64,000 nt of DNA from Protoeuglena noctilucae (Eukaryota). Position numbers and translations under genes: made by a program. How positions within the stretch are numbered: the stretch's first letter is position 1; the number at the start of each line of letters is the position of its first letter. The notes under the pieces are model-generated. The model was given only the letters and a program-made list of their open reading frames with translations, did no database searches and was not told the DNA's origin. Of the stretch, positions 38,549-50,700 are shown piece by piece. The DNA lies in the NCBI GenBank assembly GCA_958009085.1, contig OY253669.1, forward strand, positions 1,054,001 to 1,118,000, given 5' to 3'.

Positions 38549-41273
38549 ATGGACACCACGAAGATGTCCATCGCGGGCATCGGCGTGTCGGCTCACGGCC
38601 TGGACATTCCGTGGGCGGCAGTGTTCTCGAGCAGTTTTGGACTCTCGAAGGCGCGGGGGCATCGGCGGCGGTTCCCGCAGCCTCGGATGCGTCGTGGCTG
38701 ACGATTCATAACATCCACGTGCTGCCGTGGTCCGCAGAAGGAGGCGCACTTCATGCTGATGGCCATCCTGTCTGTCCCGAACGGCCTGGTGTGGGGTCTC
38801 ATGCCTCGCGGCGCAGGCGAGTCCGTTTCCGCATCCTGCTGGGTCTCCGCGCTAATACTTTTAAATTGTCGCGGGCGCGACGGTCCCCGAGGGCCCAAGC
38901 CTCTCACCGCGCGTCTTGTGGGCCCCTCCCGCAGCACGACACCTCTACTCGCTGTTAAGCGGCCTCCTGATGATGTTCGCCGTGTTCGGCATCGATTCCC
39001 TCGAGGTCTACATCCCCGCGCTTGTGGTGTACGCGATCATGCTCGCAGCTCCCAGGCAAGTCCACGACCGGCGCGCACAGCTCCCCTCCGCCGCTCGCCG
39101 GTCGAACCCGGGCCACCGTCGCGCCGCCGGACGCCCTCCGCAGGCACGCCGGCCTCGCGTCGTACTTCGTGGCGTTCCCGTATCTGATTTGGATGCACAC
39201 GGTGCACGGCAGCGGGGACGCGTGGCGCAAGGGTGACCTGGACTATACAGCGGTGATGATGCTGGTGGCGCTGAAGGTGGTCAGCATGGCGCAGAACTAC
39301 AGCGACGGCGTCAAGATGGGCGCGGAGAAGGCCGCGAGGCACCCCAGGGCCCTCACGCGGTGCCCGACGGCGCTTGAGATGCTGGGGTTCGTGACGATGG
39401 CGCACAGCAACCTGGTGGGGCCAGCGCAGGAGGTCAAGATGTACCTGCAGTTCTGCGACGGCGAGGCGAGTGATGAGAGGGGTTTTGGTCACGTGCGCCC
39501 AGTGTGCCTTGCCAGAACTGTCAGGGCCATGCCGGACAACGTGACACCACCACACGCTCCACGCCACGCTTCAGTATATGCCATGCCACACACACGAGGG
39601 ATGCGTGGTACCCGTGACCATTCGAACCATTCTTTATCGCCCCTGCCCATTCTCTCCTTTGTCGTTCAAACCCAGGGCGAGTATGCCGCGCGTCCCAAGC
39701 GGGGCGGAGACGTCTGGACCCAGGCTCGGTACTTCCTGGGCACTCTGGCGCGGTTCGTCCTGTTCCTCGCGGTCTACGTCCACTTCAACGACGTCTTCTC
39801 CCTCGACACGATCACGGGCGGCGCATCCCAGGTCATGACCGCCACGCACGCGACGCGGTTCGGCAGCTGGGCGCCCTTCAGCCAGTGGTGGCTGCCGACC
39901 AAGACGTGGTACGGCGACATGTACATCCTCTTAAACGTCCAGAGCAAGTACTACGCGCTGTGGTCCCTGTGTGAGCTGGGGATGGTTCTGGCGGGCATCA
40001 GCTTGCGTGTGGACGACAACGGCGACGGCCACTGGGACCGGTTCCGAAACTTCGAGGCGTGGAAGCTCAACACGGCGTCCTCGCCCAACCGCATGCCGCT
40101 CTTCTGGAACGTAGGCACCGGGAACTGGCTCAGGTGAGCATTGCGGGTGGGCGGGGGCGGAGTGTTGCCACGTCTAGTTGCCAGACTATGTACACCGCTG
40201 TACCACCCGCTGTACCATCTCCTCTTCTCTGGCTCTGTCTCCCTCACTGCACCACTCCCTGTACCAATCAATACCTTCTCTCTCCTCTAACCATTATACA
40301 TAAACTAATACATGTTATCCTCTCGACCGACTCGGCAGGTTTTACGTCTACGAGCGCAAGTGCTCTTCTCTTTAATTACATATATAACTTTTACATATAA
40401 TTATGCATGTCCTCTTGACTGGGCAGGTTCTACGTCTACGAGCGCATTCTGCTGGACGCGGGTGGCCGGCCCACGCCCCTGTCGCTCCTCGTCACGCAAA
40501 TGGTCTCTGCGCTGTGGCACGGGCTCTCCCCGGGGTACCTGTGGTTCTTCTTCACCACGGCGCTCTTTTTCGAATCCGGAAAGGCGAGGGACATGGCTGT
40601 GGGTGTGGCGATAGCACTATCTGTGGTAAGGGCACTGTGGTCCACGACTGCGGTTGGTGTGACTTCCATGGCAATGGCAATGGCAATGGCACGCACCGTG
40701 ATGGTCCATGACTGCCATTGGCATGACTGCCGTCTAACAAGGCTGTGCCCACCCCGCCCCCTGCAGACCATCTACCGTTACCAGCGCGCCAGCAAGAGCC
40801 CCGCCGTGCAGATGGCCCTGCAGGCAGCCAACTACGTCATGGTGAGTCGCAATCACACGATTGCAATCATAAGCAACCCCATGCAACCTCTAGCCATGAC
40901 GCAACGCCCCACCGCCCAGCAGCCGCACGCGCTTGCAACTCAACTCTTCTCTCTCTCTCTCTCTGCTCACCCGCAGTGCCACATCATGATGGGCCAGGCG
41001 GGCCCGGCTTTCATGGCCCTGACGCCCGCCCACACGTGGCGCATCATTAAAGAGTTTTACGGGTCCGCTCAGATCCTCTGCATGGTTATCATCATCGTTG
41101 GCATGGTGGCGCCCCCCGCGCGGGAGCCAAAGGCGAATGCGGGGGTCGTGGGGGGCAAGGCGGCGGGCAGGGATGGGGCAAAGGATGGGCTGAGGGATGG
41201 GGCTCGGGCGGCGGTGTTGGACGGCAAGAGTGCGGATGGGGCAGTGCAGGGCAAGGCTGGCAAGACCGAGTGA
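38549..41273 (+). CDS. MBOAT lysophospholipid acyltransferase (LPCAT/LPLAT-like), 8 exons
   Basis: LDYTAVMMLVALKV, NYSDG, KYYALWSL, WNVGTGNWLRFYVYER and VSALWHGLSPGY (catalytic His). Confidence 0.9.
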
Positions 41274-41794
41274 GCGGTGACACAGCACCGTGTGGGTGGA
41301 AAGATGCCCAGTGATGCTCCCATGCTGTGCTGCGATGCGTGGTGTGGCATGCAGCGTGGCGTGTGGTTGCGCGTGTGCAGCAGCTGCCCTCCCTGGCCCA
41401 TCCTGTCAGTCCCCCCGTTTCGTCCCTCGCTGTGTTGCACCCGCCTTTCTCGTATGTGTTACAATCACCCACACTTATGGCGCGCCACAGCCTCACGCAC
41501 TGCGCTGAGGCCTCGACTCGTGAAGCGCGGCAGGCGTGGACCCGACTCATCGTGTTTGAAACTCGCACGCTGGCATTGCGCTGCACGGACTCGATTCGAG
41601 CACGCAAATCGACACGCACCCCACATCCCGACTGCCACGAGATGGGACGGCAGCCGGCTTATCCGGGGTAAGCAAAGGCTCATGTGACCTAAACCAGGCT
41701 GATGCAAGGTCAGCCGGGCTCACGTAACCTCAACCAAGCTCATCATGCAGGGTCAGCTGAGCCCATGTTACTTCAGCCGGGCTCTCTCGTGGTC

Positions 41795-44700
41795 TCAGCC
41801 CCGGCCCCGCTTGCCCCGGCCCCTGCCCCTGGGCGAAGGGTTCAGCCCTCGGCCCCGGCCCCCGAGCCTCCCCCGGGTGAGCTTGGCCGCTGCGGGGGGG
41901 ACAGCGAGGGTGGCTGTGCTGAGCACGAGAGGGAAGGCATATGATACGCTGGCCCTCCCCCACCCCTGCACCTGAGCCCCTCCCCACCCCACTGCCCACC
42001 CCACTGCTCACCCCACTGCCCACCCCACTGCCCACCCCACTGCTCACCCCACTGCCCACCCCACTGCCCACCCCACTGCTCACCCCACTGCTCACCCCAC
42101 TGCTCACCCCACTGCCCCTCTGCACCTCAGCCCCTCCCCATCGCCCTCACCTGCCCCCTCCCCGGGCGGCTTCGTCTCGGTCACTTTGGGCGCCTGCTCC
42201 ACCGCCACCACCGTCGGCCCCTTAATCACAGGCGCAGGCGCGCTCGGCTCCGGCGCCGTCTCCTTGGCAGTCTTCTTCACTCCCGGTGGCGGGGCGATGG
42301 GAGGGATCGTGATGGTGGCCGCGCCACCACCGCCGTCCTTGCCACTCTGCCCGTCTTTGCCAGCGCCCTGCCCGTCCTTGCTCGCTTGCTTGTCCACCTC
42401 TGGCGATGCCGGCGCGCCTTCGTCCTGCAGGGCATCGGGGGCAGCAGGGTCACGCTCTCGCTTGGCGCGCCTTCATTGCACACGCCAACTTAGTCCCAAG
42501 CAAACCGGACTGCCCTACTCCTGCGCACCCGATACAGTGTGGCAAGCCGCAACCGGCAAGTCACCTCACTCACCACCCCATGCCCCTTGCAAACCACGCA
42601 TGTGCATCCCACCCCACGACACCCGATGCGTATGCACAACATCGCATACGCAACCCCACCCCACCCCACGCGCATGCACCACCCCGCCTCACCTCTTTCT
42701 TCCTCTTCCGCGCCAACAGGATGCTCGCGATGTCCATCTGAGGCTTCTCGGGCATCGCCGCTCCGCCCATTCCAGGCCCCCTGCCCCCGGGCGATGGGGG
42801 CTTGCGCATGTCCGCCAGCGCTGCCGCCGCCAGCCCTCGCTTCACCACGATCCGCGCCGGCCCCGTCCCCGTCGCCTCCCCGGTCCCTTGCCCCGTGGGC
42901 GATGCCGTTGACCCTACACCCTTCCCCGCACCCTGCACCACCCGCGCTGGGCCAGGCCCCTTCGCCTGTTGTGGTTTCGCAGCCGGGACCGACCCCTGAC
43001 CCTGGTCGGACTGGTCTGCCTGCCCATCTCCTGCACCTGCACCTGCCTCCTCGCTTGCACCTGTCCCTGCCTCCTCTCCCGCACCCGCACCCGCATCTGC
43101 CCCCGCCTCCCCAGCCGCTCCAGGCCCCTGCTGCGCCTGCCCGCCGGCACCCCTCGCGACGATCTGCCCCCCGCGCACCCCCTGCAGCCGCACCCGCTTC
43201 TCCAAAGGCCGCGTTGGGGCCTCTGCAGCCGCAGACCCCGCACCCTGCTCTCCCGCCCCAGCAGTCTCCTCACGTGGCCGCTTCCCCACCGACCCAGGCG
43301 CCGTGCCAGTCGCTCCGAAGCCACGAGACACAGCACCCGCACCAGCGCCACCCGTAGATGCCGCGCCCGCGCCCGCACCCGCTGCCTCCCCAGCACCGTC
43401 ACCGGTCGCACCGTCACCCCCCTCCGTCGCCCCCGCACCGCCCTCTGCACCCGCTGCCTGCTGGCCCTCCCGTTCCGGCTCTGCCTGCCCCACCTGCGTT
43501 GCCCCAGGCAGCGGCCGGGCGGCTGCGGCGGCCACGGCAGCGACCTCCTTGGGTGACGCCTTGCTGCCAAAGGGCGACCCCCCCGCAGCCGTAGAGCCAA
43601 ACTGCTGGAAAGGGGAGGGCCCAGAGGCGAAGCGGGCGAAGGAGGTGGCGCCGAAGACGGGCGCGGGGGTCGCGAAGGGCGAGGGCGAGGGTGCCGGGGC
43701 GGGGGCGGGGGCGGCTTCGGTGGTAACCACGGGGGCAGCGGCGGGCTCCGGGGCGCCTGCGGGGCAACGCGGGGTGGGGCATGCGTGGGCAAAGCGTAAG
43801 CACACAATTCATAGCTTTATGTAATACAATCACAGGGCCCGCAATGCGAGATGAGGTGAGGTGAGGTGAGCTCCGCAACCGCTACCGCTCCGCCGCCCCT
43901 CACCTTCCGCAGGCGATGGCTCCTGGTCCCCGGCCTGCGCCGTTTCCTGCTCCTCTGCGCCTTCCTGTCCCTCCTCCCCGCCCTGCCCCTCAGCCCCGCC
44001 CTCCTCCTCCCCTCCCTCGCCCTCCATGCCGCCTCCCTCACCCTCACCCTCGCCCTCTGCCCCGCCACCCTCCCCATCCCCCTCGCCCTCCCCCGCCTCA
44101 TCCCCACCTGCCACTGTACCCTCGGCATCGGTCATCCCCTCTTCCCCAGCCACCCCCGCCCCCTCGCCACCCTCACCCTCTCCCTCACCCTCCCCTTCTT
44201 CCCCTCCCTGCCCCTCCTCATCCACACCCTCCCCTCCCACCCCCTCTCCCTCACCACCTTCAATTCCCTCACCCCCCTCCACACCCTCACCCTCACCCCC
44301 CTCAGCACCCTCCACACCCTCACCCTCGCCCTCCTCTCCCTCCCCCTCCACCCCAGCCCTCTCCCCACCCTCCTCATCCCCCTCCGCACCCTCTCCCTCC
44401 CCCTCCATCCCCTCCTCCTGCCCACCCTCCCCCTCCCCATCCACCTCCATCCCCTCACCCTCGCCCTCCCCCTCACCCTCGTGCCCCCCACCCTCCCCCA
44501 CCTCATACTCCCCCTCCCCTCCCTCCCCAGCCCCCACCTCTGCCCCAGCCCTCGCCTCCCTCAACTCTGCCTCAAGCCTAGCAACCCTCGCCTTCACCAC
44601 CCGCAGCTGCTCCTCCGCAGCCGCCGCCCTCGCCTCCGCCTTCCTCAGTCGCTCCGCCAAGCCCCGCGTCTCCCGCTGCCCTCGCTCCAGCTCCGCTTTG

Positions 44701-47700
44701 GCACCCGCAGCCTCCTCCGCCCCCGCCCGCCACCCCACCACCCGCTGCTGCCACTCGGATGTCTTCATCTCCTGCCACGTGGTGCCCAATGCGGCCGCGA
44801 TCTCCCGAATCGCGTCCTGCAGTTTCTTCACCGTCGCCGCCTCCGCCCTCCGCTGGTCGACCTGCGTTTTGTTCGCGGCCGCCGCTGCAGCTGCTGCCGC
44901 CTGCGTGCGTGCCCCCGCCTCCTCCCTCAAGGCCGCCGCTGCCTGCCGCCCCTCTTCGGCCTTCGCCCGGGCGGCCTGCAGGTCCCTCTGCACCAACTCC
45001 AGCTCTGCCTTCACCGACTGGGGGTGGGTGAGGGGGATGAGTTTGGGGCGGGTGAGGGGGATGAGTTGAGGGTGGGTGAGTGGGGTGCACTTGTGGAGGG
45101 GCGGGATGGAGCAGGGTGAGGATGCAGGGAGTCATGAAGACGAGGGGAACACGAAGGTACAAGAGAGCTTGTCAGTGCCTCGCACCACCATCACCCTCTA
45201 CCCACCCCACTTCACTCCCACCCCACCCATCACTCCCACCCCATCCCACCACCCCACCATACTCCACCATACTGTCCTCACCCCACCCAACCCCACCCCA
45301 CCCCACGTCACTCCCCTCATCGCACCCCCACTCCACCCACCTGCAGTTCCTGCTTCACGGCGTTGTATTCGTCCACGTCGACCCTCTTGTACTTGTCCAG
45401 CAGCTGCTGCGTCCTCTTCTCCCACCGCGCGGCCTGCTCCTGCGCCGCAAGCAGCTCTGCACCCCGCGCCTCCGCGGCTGCCCTGGCCTGGGCCAGTTCT
45501 CTCTCCAGGGGCTGGATGCGGGACTCGGCGTCGCCCAGGCGCTTGCGCTCCAATGCCAGGGACTCCTGGAGCCGCACCGTCTCGGCCCTGCGAGGGTGGG
45601 GGTGGTGGTGAGGGGGTGGGGTGTGGGGTTTGGGGTGGGGGGTAGGGGTGGGTAGCGAGTGGGGCAGGGAGGTTGTGGCATAGGGGGGCATGGTAAAGCG
45701 TGCCGGGTGCTTGGCCATTGGCCCCTCGCCCAACAATATCGCACCCACTATGCACTGCCACACACGATGCCACCCACCATGGACCCCCCATGCACCCCTA
45801 CCCCTCGCCTGAGGCTGTTGTTGCTCTCCCGGAGCAGGTTCGCCTGGTGCGCCTGCTCCATGAGGCGACCGTGCTGCGACTCCTGAGCCGCCGCATCCCT
45901 GCCCCGCTGCTCCGCCCCCTCCAACTCCTTACGCAGGGCGTCGCTCTCCAGGCGGGCGTCCTCGGCGCGGCGCTGCCAGCGCAGGCGCTCCTGCTTGGAC
46001 TGCAGGGGGGGTGGGGGAGTAGAGAGGGCTGGAATGGATGTGGGGATGTGATGGCAGGGAATCCTGCTTGGACTGCAGGGAAGGTGGGGTAGAAGAGGGG
46101 GGTGGAATGGGTGTGGCGGTGAGAGGGTGGGCAGAAGTGGGATGAAGGGGTGGGGAGCACGTTTGCTCAGATTAGCGTTCGATGCCCGATATCGACAACC
46201 CCGCACACCCTTTACCTCCCCTCCATCGCTCCACCCGCCCCTCACCAGCATGACCTACGGTAGCCTCACCCACTCTGCACCCACCCAGTCCTCACCAGCA
46301 TGAGCTCCGCCTCCACTCTCTCCTTCTCCCTCCTCAGATACTTGAGCACCTCGTTCAAGTCACCCGCAGCCCCGCCCTCCCCCGACGCACCGCCCTCCCT
46401 GCCCGCCCCCGCTGCCACGGCCGCCGCTGCCTTCTGCTCCAACTGCAGGCGATCATGAGTAAAGTCAATGATAGTGATAACCGAAGCGTGAAACAGAAAA
46501 TCAGATTTTGCGTCCCTCCATTTGCTTTTAGAGGTGAATCCATGCTGCGCCCTACAACACCCTCTCTTGTTCCCACATCAATTCCCTCAGCACATCCCGC
46601 TCTCCCATCTCCCCGCTTCCCTCCCCCTCACCTGCTGCGTCAGCACATCCGCCTGCGCCCTCATCTCCCTCTCCCTCGCCTCCCCCTCCTGCCGCTCCCG
46701 GACCAGCGCCGACTCCAACTCCGCCACACGCCGCGACGCATCGCGCTTCTCTGCAGACAGCTCCTCCAGCTGACGGGCTGCGGTGACAGAAGTAGTAGAT
46801 GACGGCGTGAGAGACGACACATGACGGATCAATGGACCATGTGATTGATACCAGCATTACTGCTACTGCGAAGCGATCAGGGTAGAAGACGACCACCCCA
46901 CCCCCCCACCCATCTCACCCATCTCCTGCACCCTCGCCTCCCTCTCCTCCCACTGCCGCTTCATGGCGTCGTGCTTCTGAATGTGCTCCGCGTGCTGCAC
47001 CACCTCGTTGTTGTACGCGTCCTGCATGGACCGCCAGTTGCGGTGGTGCTGGTCGGCCATCTGCTGCAGCGCGGAGTGGCGGGCCTCGGCAGCTGAGAGC
47101 GACTCCCGGGCGCGGGTAAGTTCTTCGGTAAGGGCGGCGCGGGAGGACTCGCCCTCCCGGCGACCGCGCTCTGCCGCCTCCTCGGCCGCGTGTGCTGCAC
47201 GCTGCGGGGGCGGAAGCGGCGGGGGAAGGGTGCAAAGCAGGGCGTCATTCAGAGCCACTGTCTAACCAACGCCGTCGCACCTTACACGTCCCAGTCACAC
47301 CACCACCACCACCACCCCTCACCTGCAGCTCCGCCACCTCCCCCTGCGCCCTGTCGAGCTCCGCCTGCAGCTTTGCGATGCGCTGGGCCTGCTCCTCCGC
47401 GGCCCTCTCCGCCGCCTGCGCCTGCTCCGCGTGCTTCGCCGACAGAGCACGAACCGCCTCGTCGGCGGACTCGGCCAGAGCACGATACTCGTTGACGTGG
47501 CCCTGGGCGGCGGCCGCGGAACGCAGGGCCTGGTCCCGCTCCTCCCTCAGGCGGTCGAGCTGAGGGGGAGAGGAGGGGTGGGGGTGAGAGTTGTGAAAGC
47601 AGGGGTCGATGCGGATGGCGACATGGGGTGGGGGGCGTGGGTGGTCGGGATCGGTGCAGGTACAAACATCTCCCACATTCCTCTCACCTTGGCCCTGAGC

Positions 47701-50700
47701 TCCGCCTCCGCCTCGCTGCCCGGCTCCCCTCCCTGCGCCACCCCCGCACCCGCACCCGCGCCCAGGCCCCTCCCGCCCCGCTCCCGCTCCTCGCCCTCCA
47801 GCGCCCGCGCCTGCACCCGCAGCTGCAACTCCGCCGCCCGCTCCTCCGCCTTCTGCAGCGACGCCTGCAGCACGTCGCGCTTGGCCTCCGCTGAGGCACG
47901 CGCTGCCCGCTCCTGCTGAAGCTCCTCCCTGCAAACACAGAGCGGCGATGAGAATGCGCGGTGATAAGAATCAAACATCCGAATGTTCCAGATTCTTTTC
48001 GATGTCTGCATGCTACGTTTGTACAAAGTCTCACCAACCCAACCGCCACACCTGGTCGCCGGTCCCACCCACGCACCCCCACCCCCACCCCTCCCACCCA
48101 AAACCCCCACGCACCTGAGCGTCTTGGCCTCGTGTTCTGCCGTCTGCGCCCGCTGCAGCACCGACCGGTGCCCCACGGCGGCCTCCTCCCTGGCCGCCCT
48201 CGCCAGGTCCTCCGCCTCCCGCAGCCTCGCCTGGGCCTCCGCCCACTGAGCCTCCGCCCGCCGCGCCGCCTCCGCCGCACGGCTCGCCTCCCGCGCCTGC
48301 TCCTGCAGCGCCGACGCGTGCACCCGGGCGTCGGCCTCGAGCTGTGCGGCCAGCCGGTGCTTCTCCTCACGCAGCGCGTCGACCTCGGAACGCCGGCGCT
48401 CCTCCTCCGCACGCAGCACTGCGGAGAGTGAAGGTGGAGAGACGCTAACTTACTGAATGGTAATTGCATGCGCTGTTCTACGGCACACTTTGCAGCCAGC
48501 AACAGTCCACCCCATCCCACCCCACACCAACCCCACCCACCCGCTGCCCTCGCATGCAACCGCCCACCCACCCTACCTCCACCCCACCGTGCACCACCCC
48601 CCGCTCACCTGCCATCTGCGCCTCGAGCGTCGTGGCCCTCTGCCTCTCCCTCCGCAGCTCCACCTCCCTCTCATCCACCCGGGCCTCCACGGCCGCCCCC
48701 CGCCGCTGCATCTCCACCATCTGCTCCAGCAGCTGGTTGCTGCGCTGCGTCTGGTGCTCCAGCGTCGCCCGCGTCTCCTCCAGGGACTTCAACAGCCGCT
48801 CCCGGTGCGATCGCTCGAAGTCCAGGTCTCCCTTGTACCGCTCCTCTCGGGCGTGGGCCGCGCGGACCTCACGCTGGGCCTCCTGCGGCCGGGGTGCAGG
48901 TGAGATTTGCGTTTGCGTTACAGGAGATGCTGGCGCAGGTGGGCCTACCGGGCGATGCATGCACGTGTACCATTGCAAGCCCTCAACAGCCACCCCTAAC
49001 CCACCACCGCCCTCACCTCCACGTCCTTCCGCAGCAGCTCCGCGTTCCGCGCCGCCTCGGTCCTCAGTTCGGCGAACTCCCTCTCCTTGTCGGCCAGCAG
49101 CGCGCGCCAGTCGACGCCGTCCGCATTCGCCCCGGCGGACCCCGACCCCAGCGCCCCCGCCGCCGCCCCCTTGCCGACCCCACCGGGAGACCCCAGCGCT
49201 TGCACCAGGGAGAACGTCCCCGCGTCCACGGACTCTCCCCGCGCGACTCTCGCAGCCAGGGCTTTGAAGAGATCCCTCTGCCGCGCCACCTGCGCCACCA
49301 GCTCCTTCTCCCTCTCCCGGTCCTCCCGCATCCCCTGCACCTCCTCCTCCAGCCGCCGCTCCCGCGCCGCGAAGTCCTCCCGCAGCTGCGCCTCCACCTC
49401 CGCCCGCGTCCGCTCGTTGTCCTCGGACAGACGCCGCACGAGCGCCAGCAGCTCAACGTTGCGGCGGTGCAGCGCCTCCACGTCCTCGAACTCCACCAGC
49501 CGCTCCGCGATCACCTCCGAGGCCGTCAGAGCGCCGTTGCCGGACAGGCGGTCGCACGGCGGCAGGCGCGCGCGGGAGCCCTTGAGACGCGCCACCTCGG
49601 CCGTCAGCGCCATGACCTGGCGAGAGAGGTCGTCCGCCGTGGCGCGCGCCGACTGGGCCTCGCGCTCCCGCGCCCGCGCCGACGCCTCGAACACCCGCCG
49701 CGCCGCGGACGCGTCCTCCAGCCGCGCCTGCAGCTTGCGGTTCTCGTCCTGCAGCTCCTCGTACACCCGACGCTGCTCGCTGATTTGAGGCACCTTCTGC
49801 TCCAGCGACTCCACCAGCTCCGTCATCAGCTTCTCCGCACGACGCCTGCACATCGGGGGAAGCGCATAGGTGGTTGTGGTGGTCGTGGGATGGCCTCTGC
49901 TACCATGCGCAGTGGGCCCCGCCACTGCGCTCCGCACCTCTGCCGCGCCTCCTCCCGCAGGCGGGCCTCGACGGCGGCGTACTTTTCGTACTTCTGGAAC
50001 TCGGAAAGCGCCGACCAGGACCCCGGGGTGGCGCCGGGGGTGCTGGCGATGACCGAGCCGGGCGTGGCCCCACCCAGCGTCGGCCCCGGCGTCCGCGCCA
50101 CCGCCCCATTGGCCGCGTGCAGCGCTGCGGGCGGTCCGCCGTCCTCCAACTGCTCCCGCAGAGCCCGCAGCTCCGCCTCCGCCTCTTCCTGGGCCCTCTT
50201 GCGAGCCTCCAGGGCCTCCCTGGTCCGCCCCTCCAGCTCCCGCAGTGCCCCACGCAGCGCCTCCACCTCCCGGTCCCGCTCGTGCAGCTGCGCCTTCAGA
50301 TCCTCGGCCTCCTCGCGAGAAATGTTCAGCAGCCGCTCGGACGCCGCCAGCTGCGGGCAGGAAGCACGCGGAGGGGTGCAGCTGGGCGCGTGTCGTGCCA
50401 GCCGCTCCCGGACCGCCCGCCCCGGCCAGCCCCGCAGCGCACGCACCTCGGTCTCGAACAGCTGCTCCTTCTCCGCGTGCTGGGCGCGGACCCGCCGCAG
50501 CTCGGCCTGAGACTGGGCGAGCGCTTCGGTCGCCTCGGTCGCCTCCCGCTGCACGCGCCCCAGGTCGCGGCGCGCGCGGCCCAGCTCGTCGCGCGCCTGC
50601 GCGAGGCCCGTCTCCGCCTCCGCCAGCCGCCCGGCCAGGTCGCGCCGCGCTGCCGAGGCCTGCTCGGTCCGTGCGGCCAGCTCCTGTTCCAGCCAGGCGT

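Noticed and set aside
41987..42118. CRISPR-like or telomeric array
   Set aside because: There are no spacers, the context is a eukaryotic intron, and the unit is not a known telomere motif. The antisense PTPL/GVSS ORFs are artefacts.
42627..42652. 9-bp hairpin tgcgtatgc...gcatacgca in a TPR intron
   Set aside because: It is isolated and short, with no recurrence seen.
43850..43870. (GTGAG)n donor-like run
   Set aside because: It is antisense to TPR and most simply a microsatellite.
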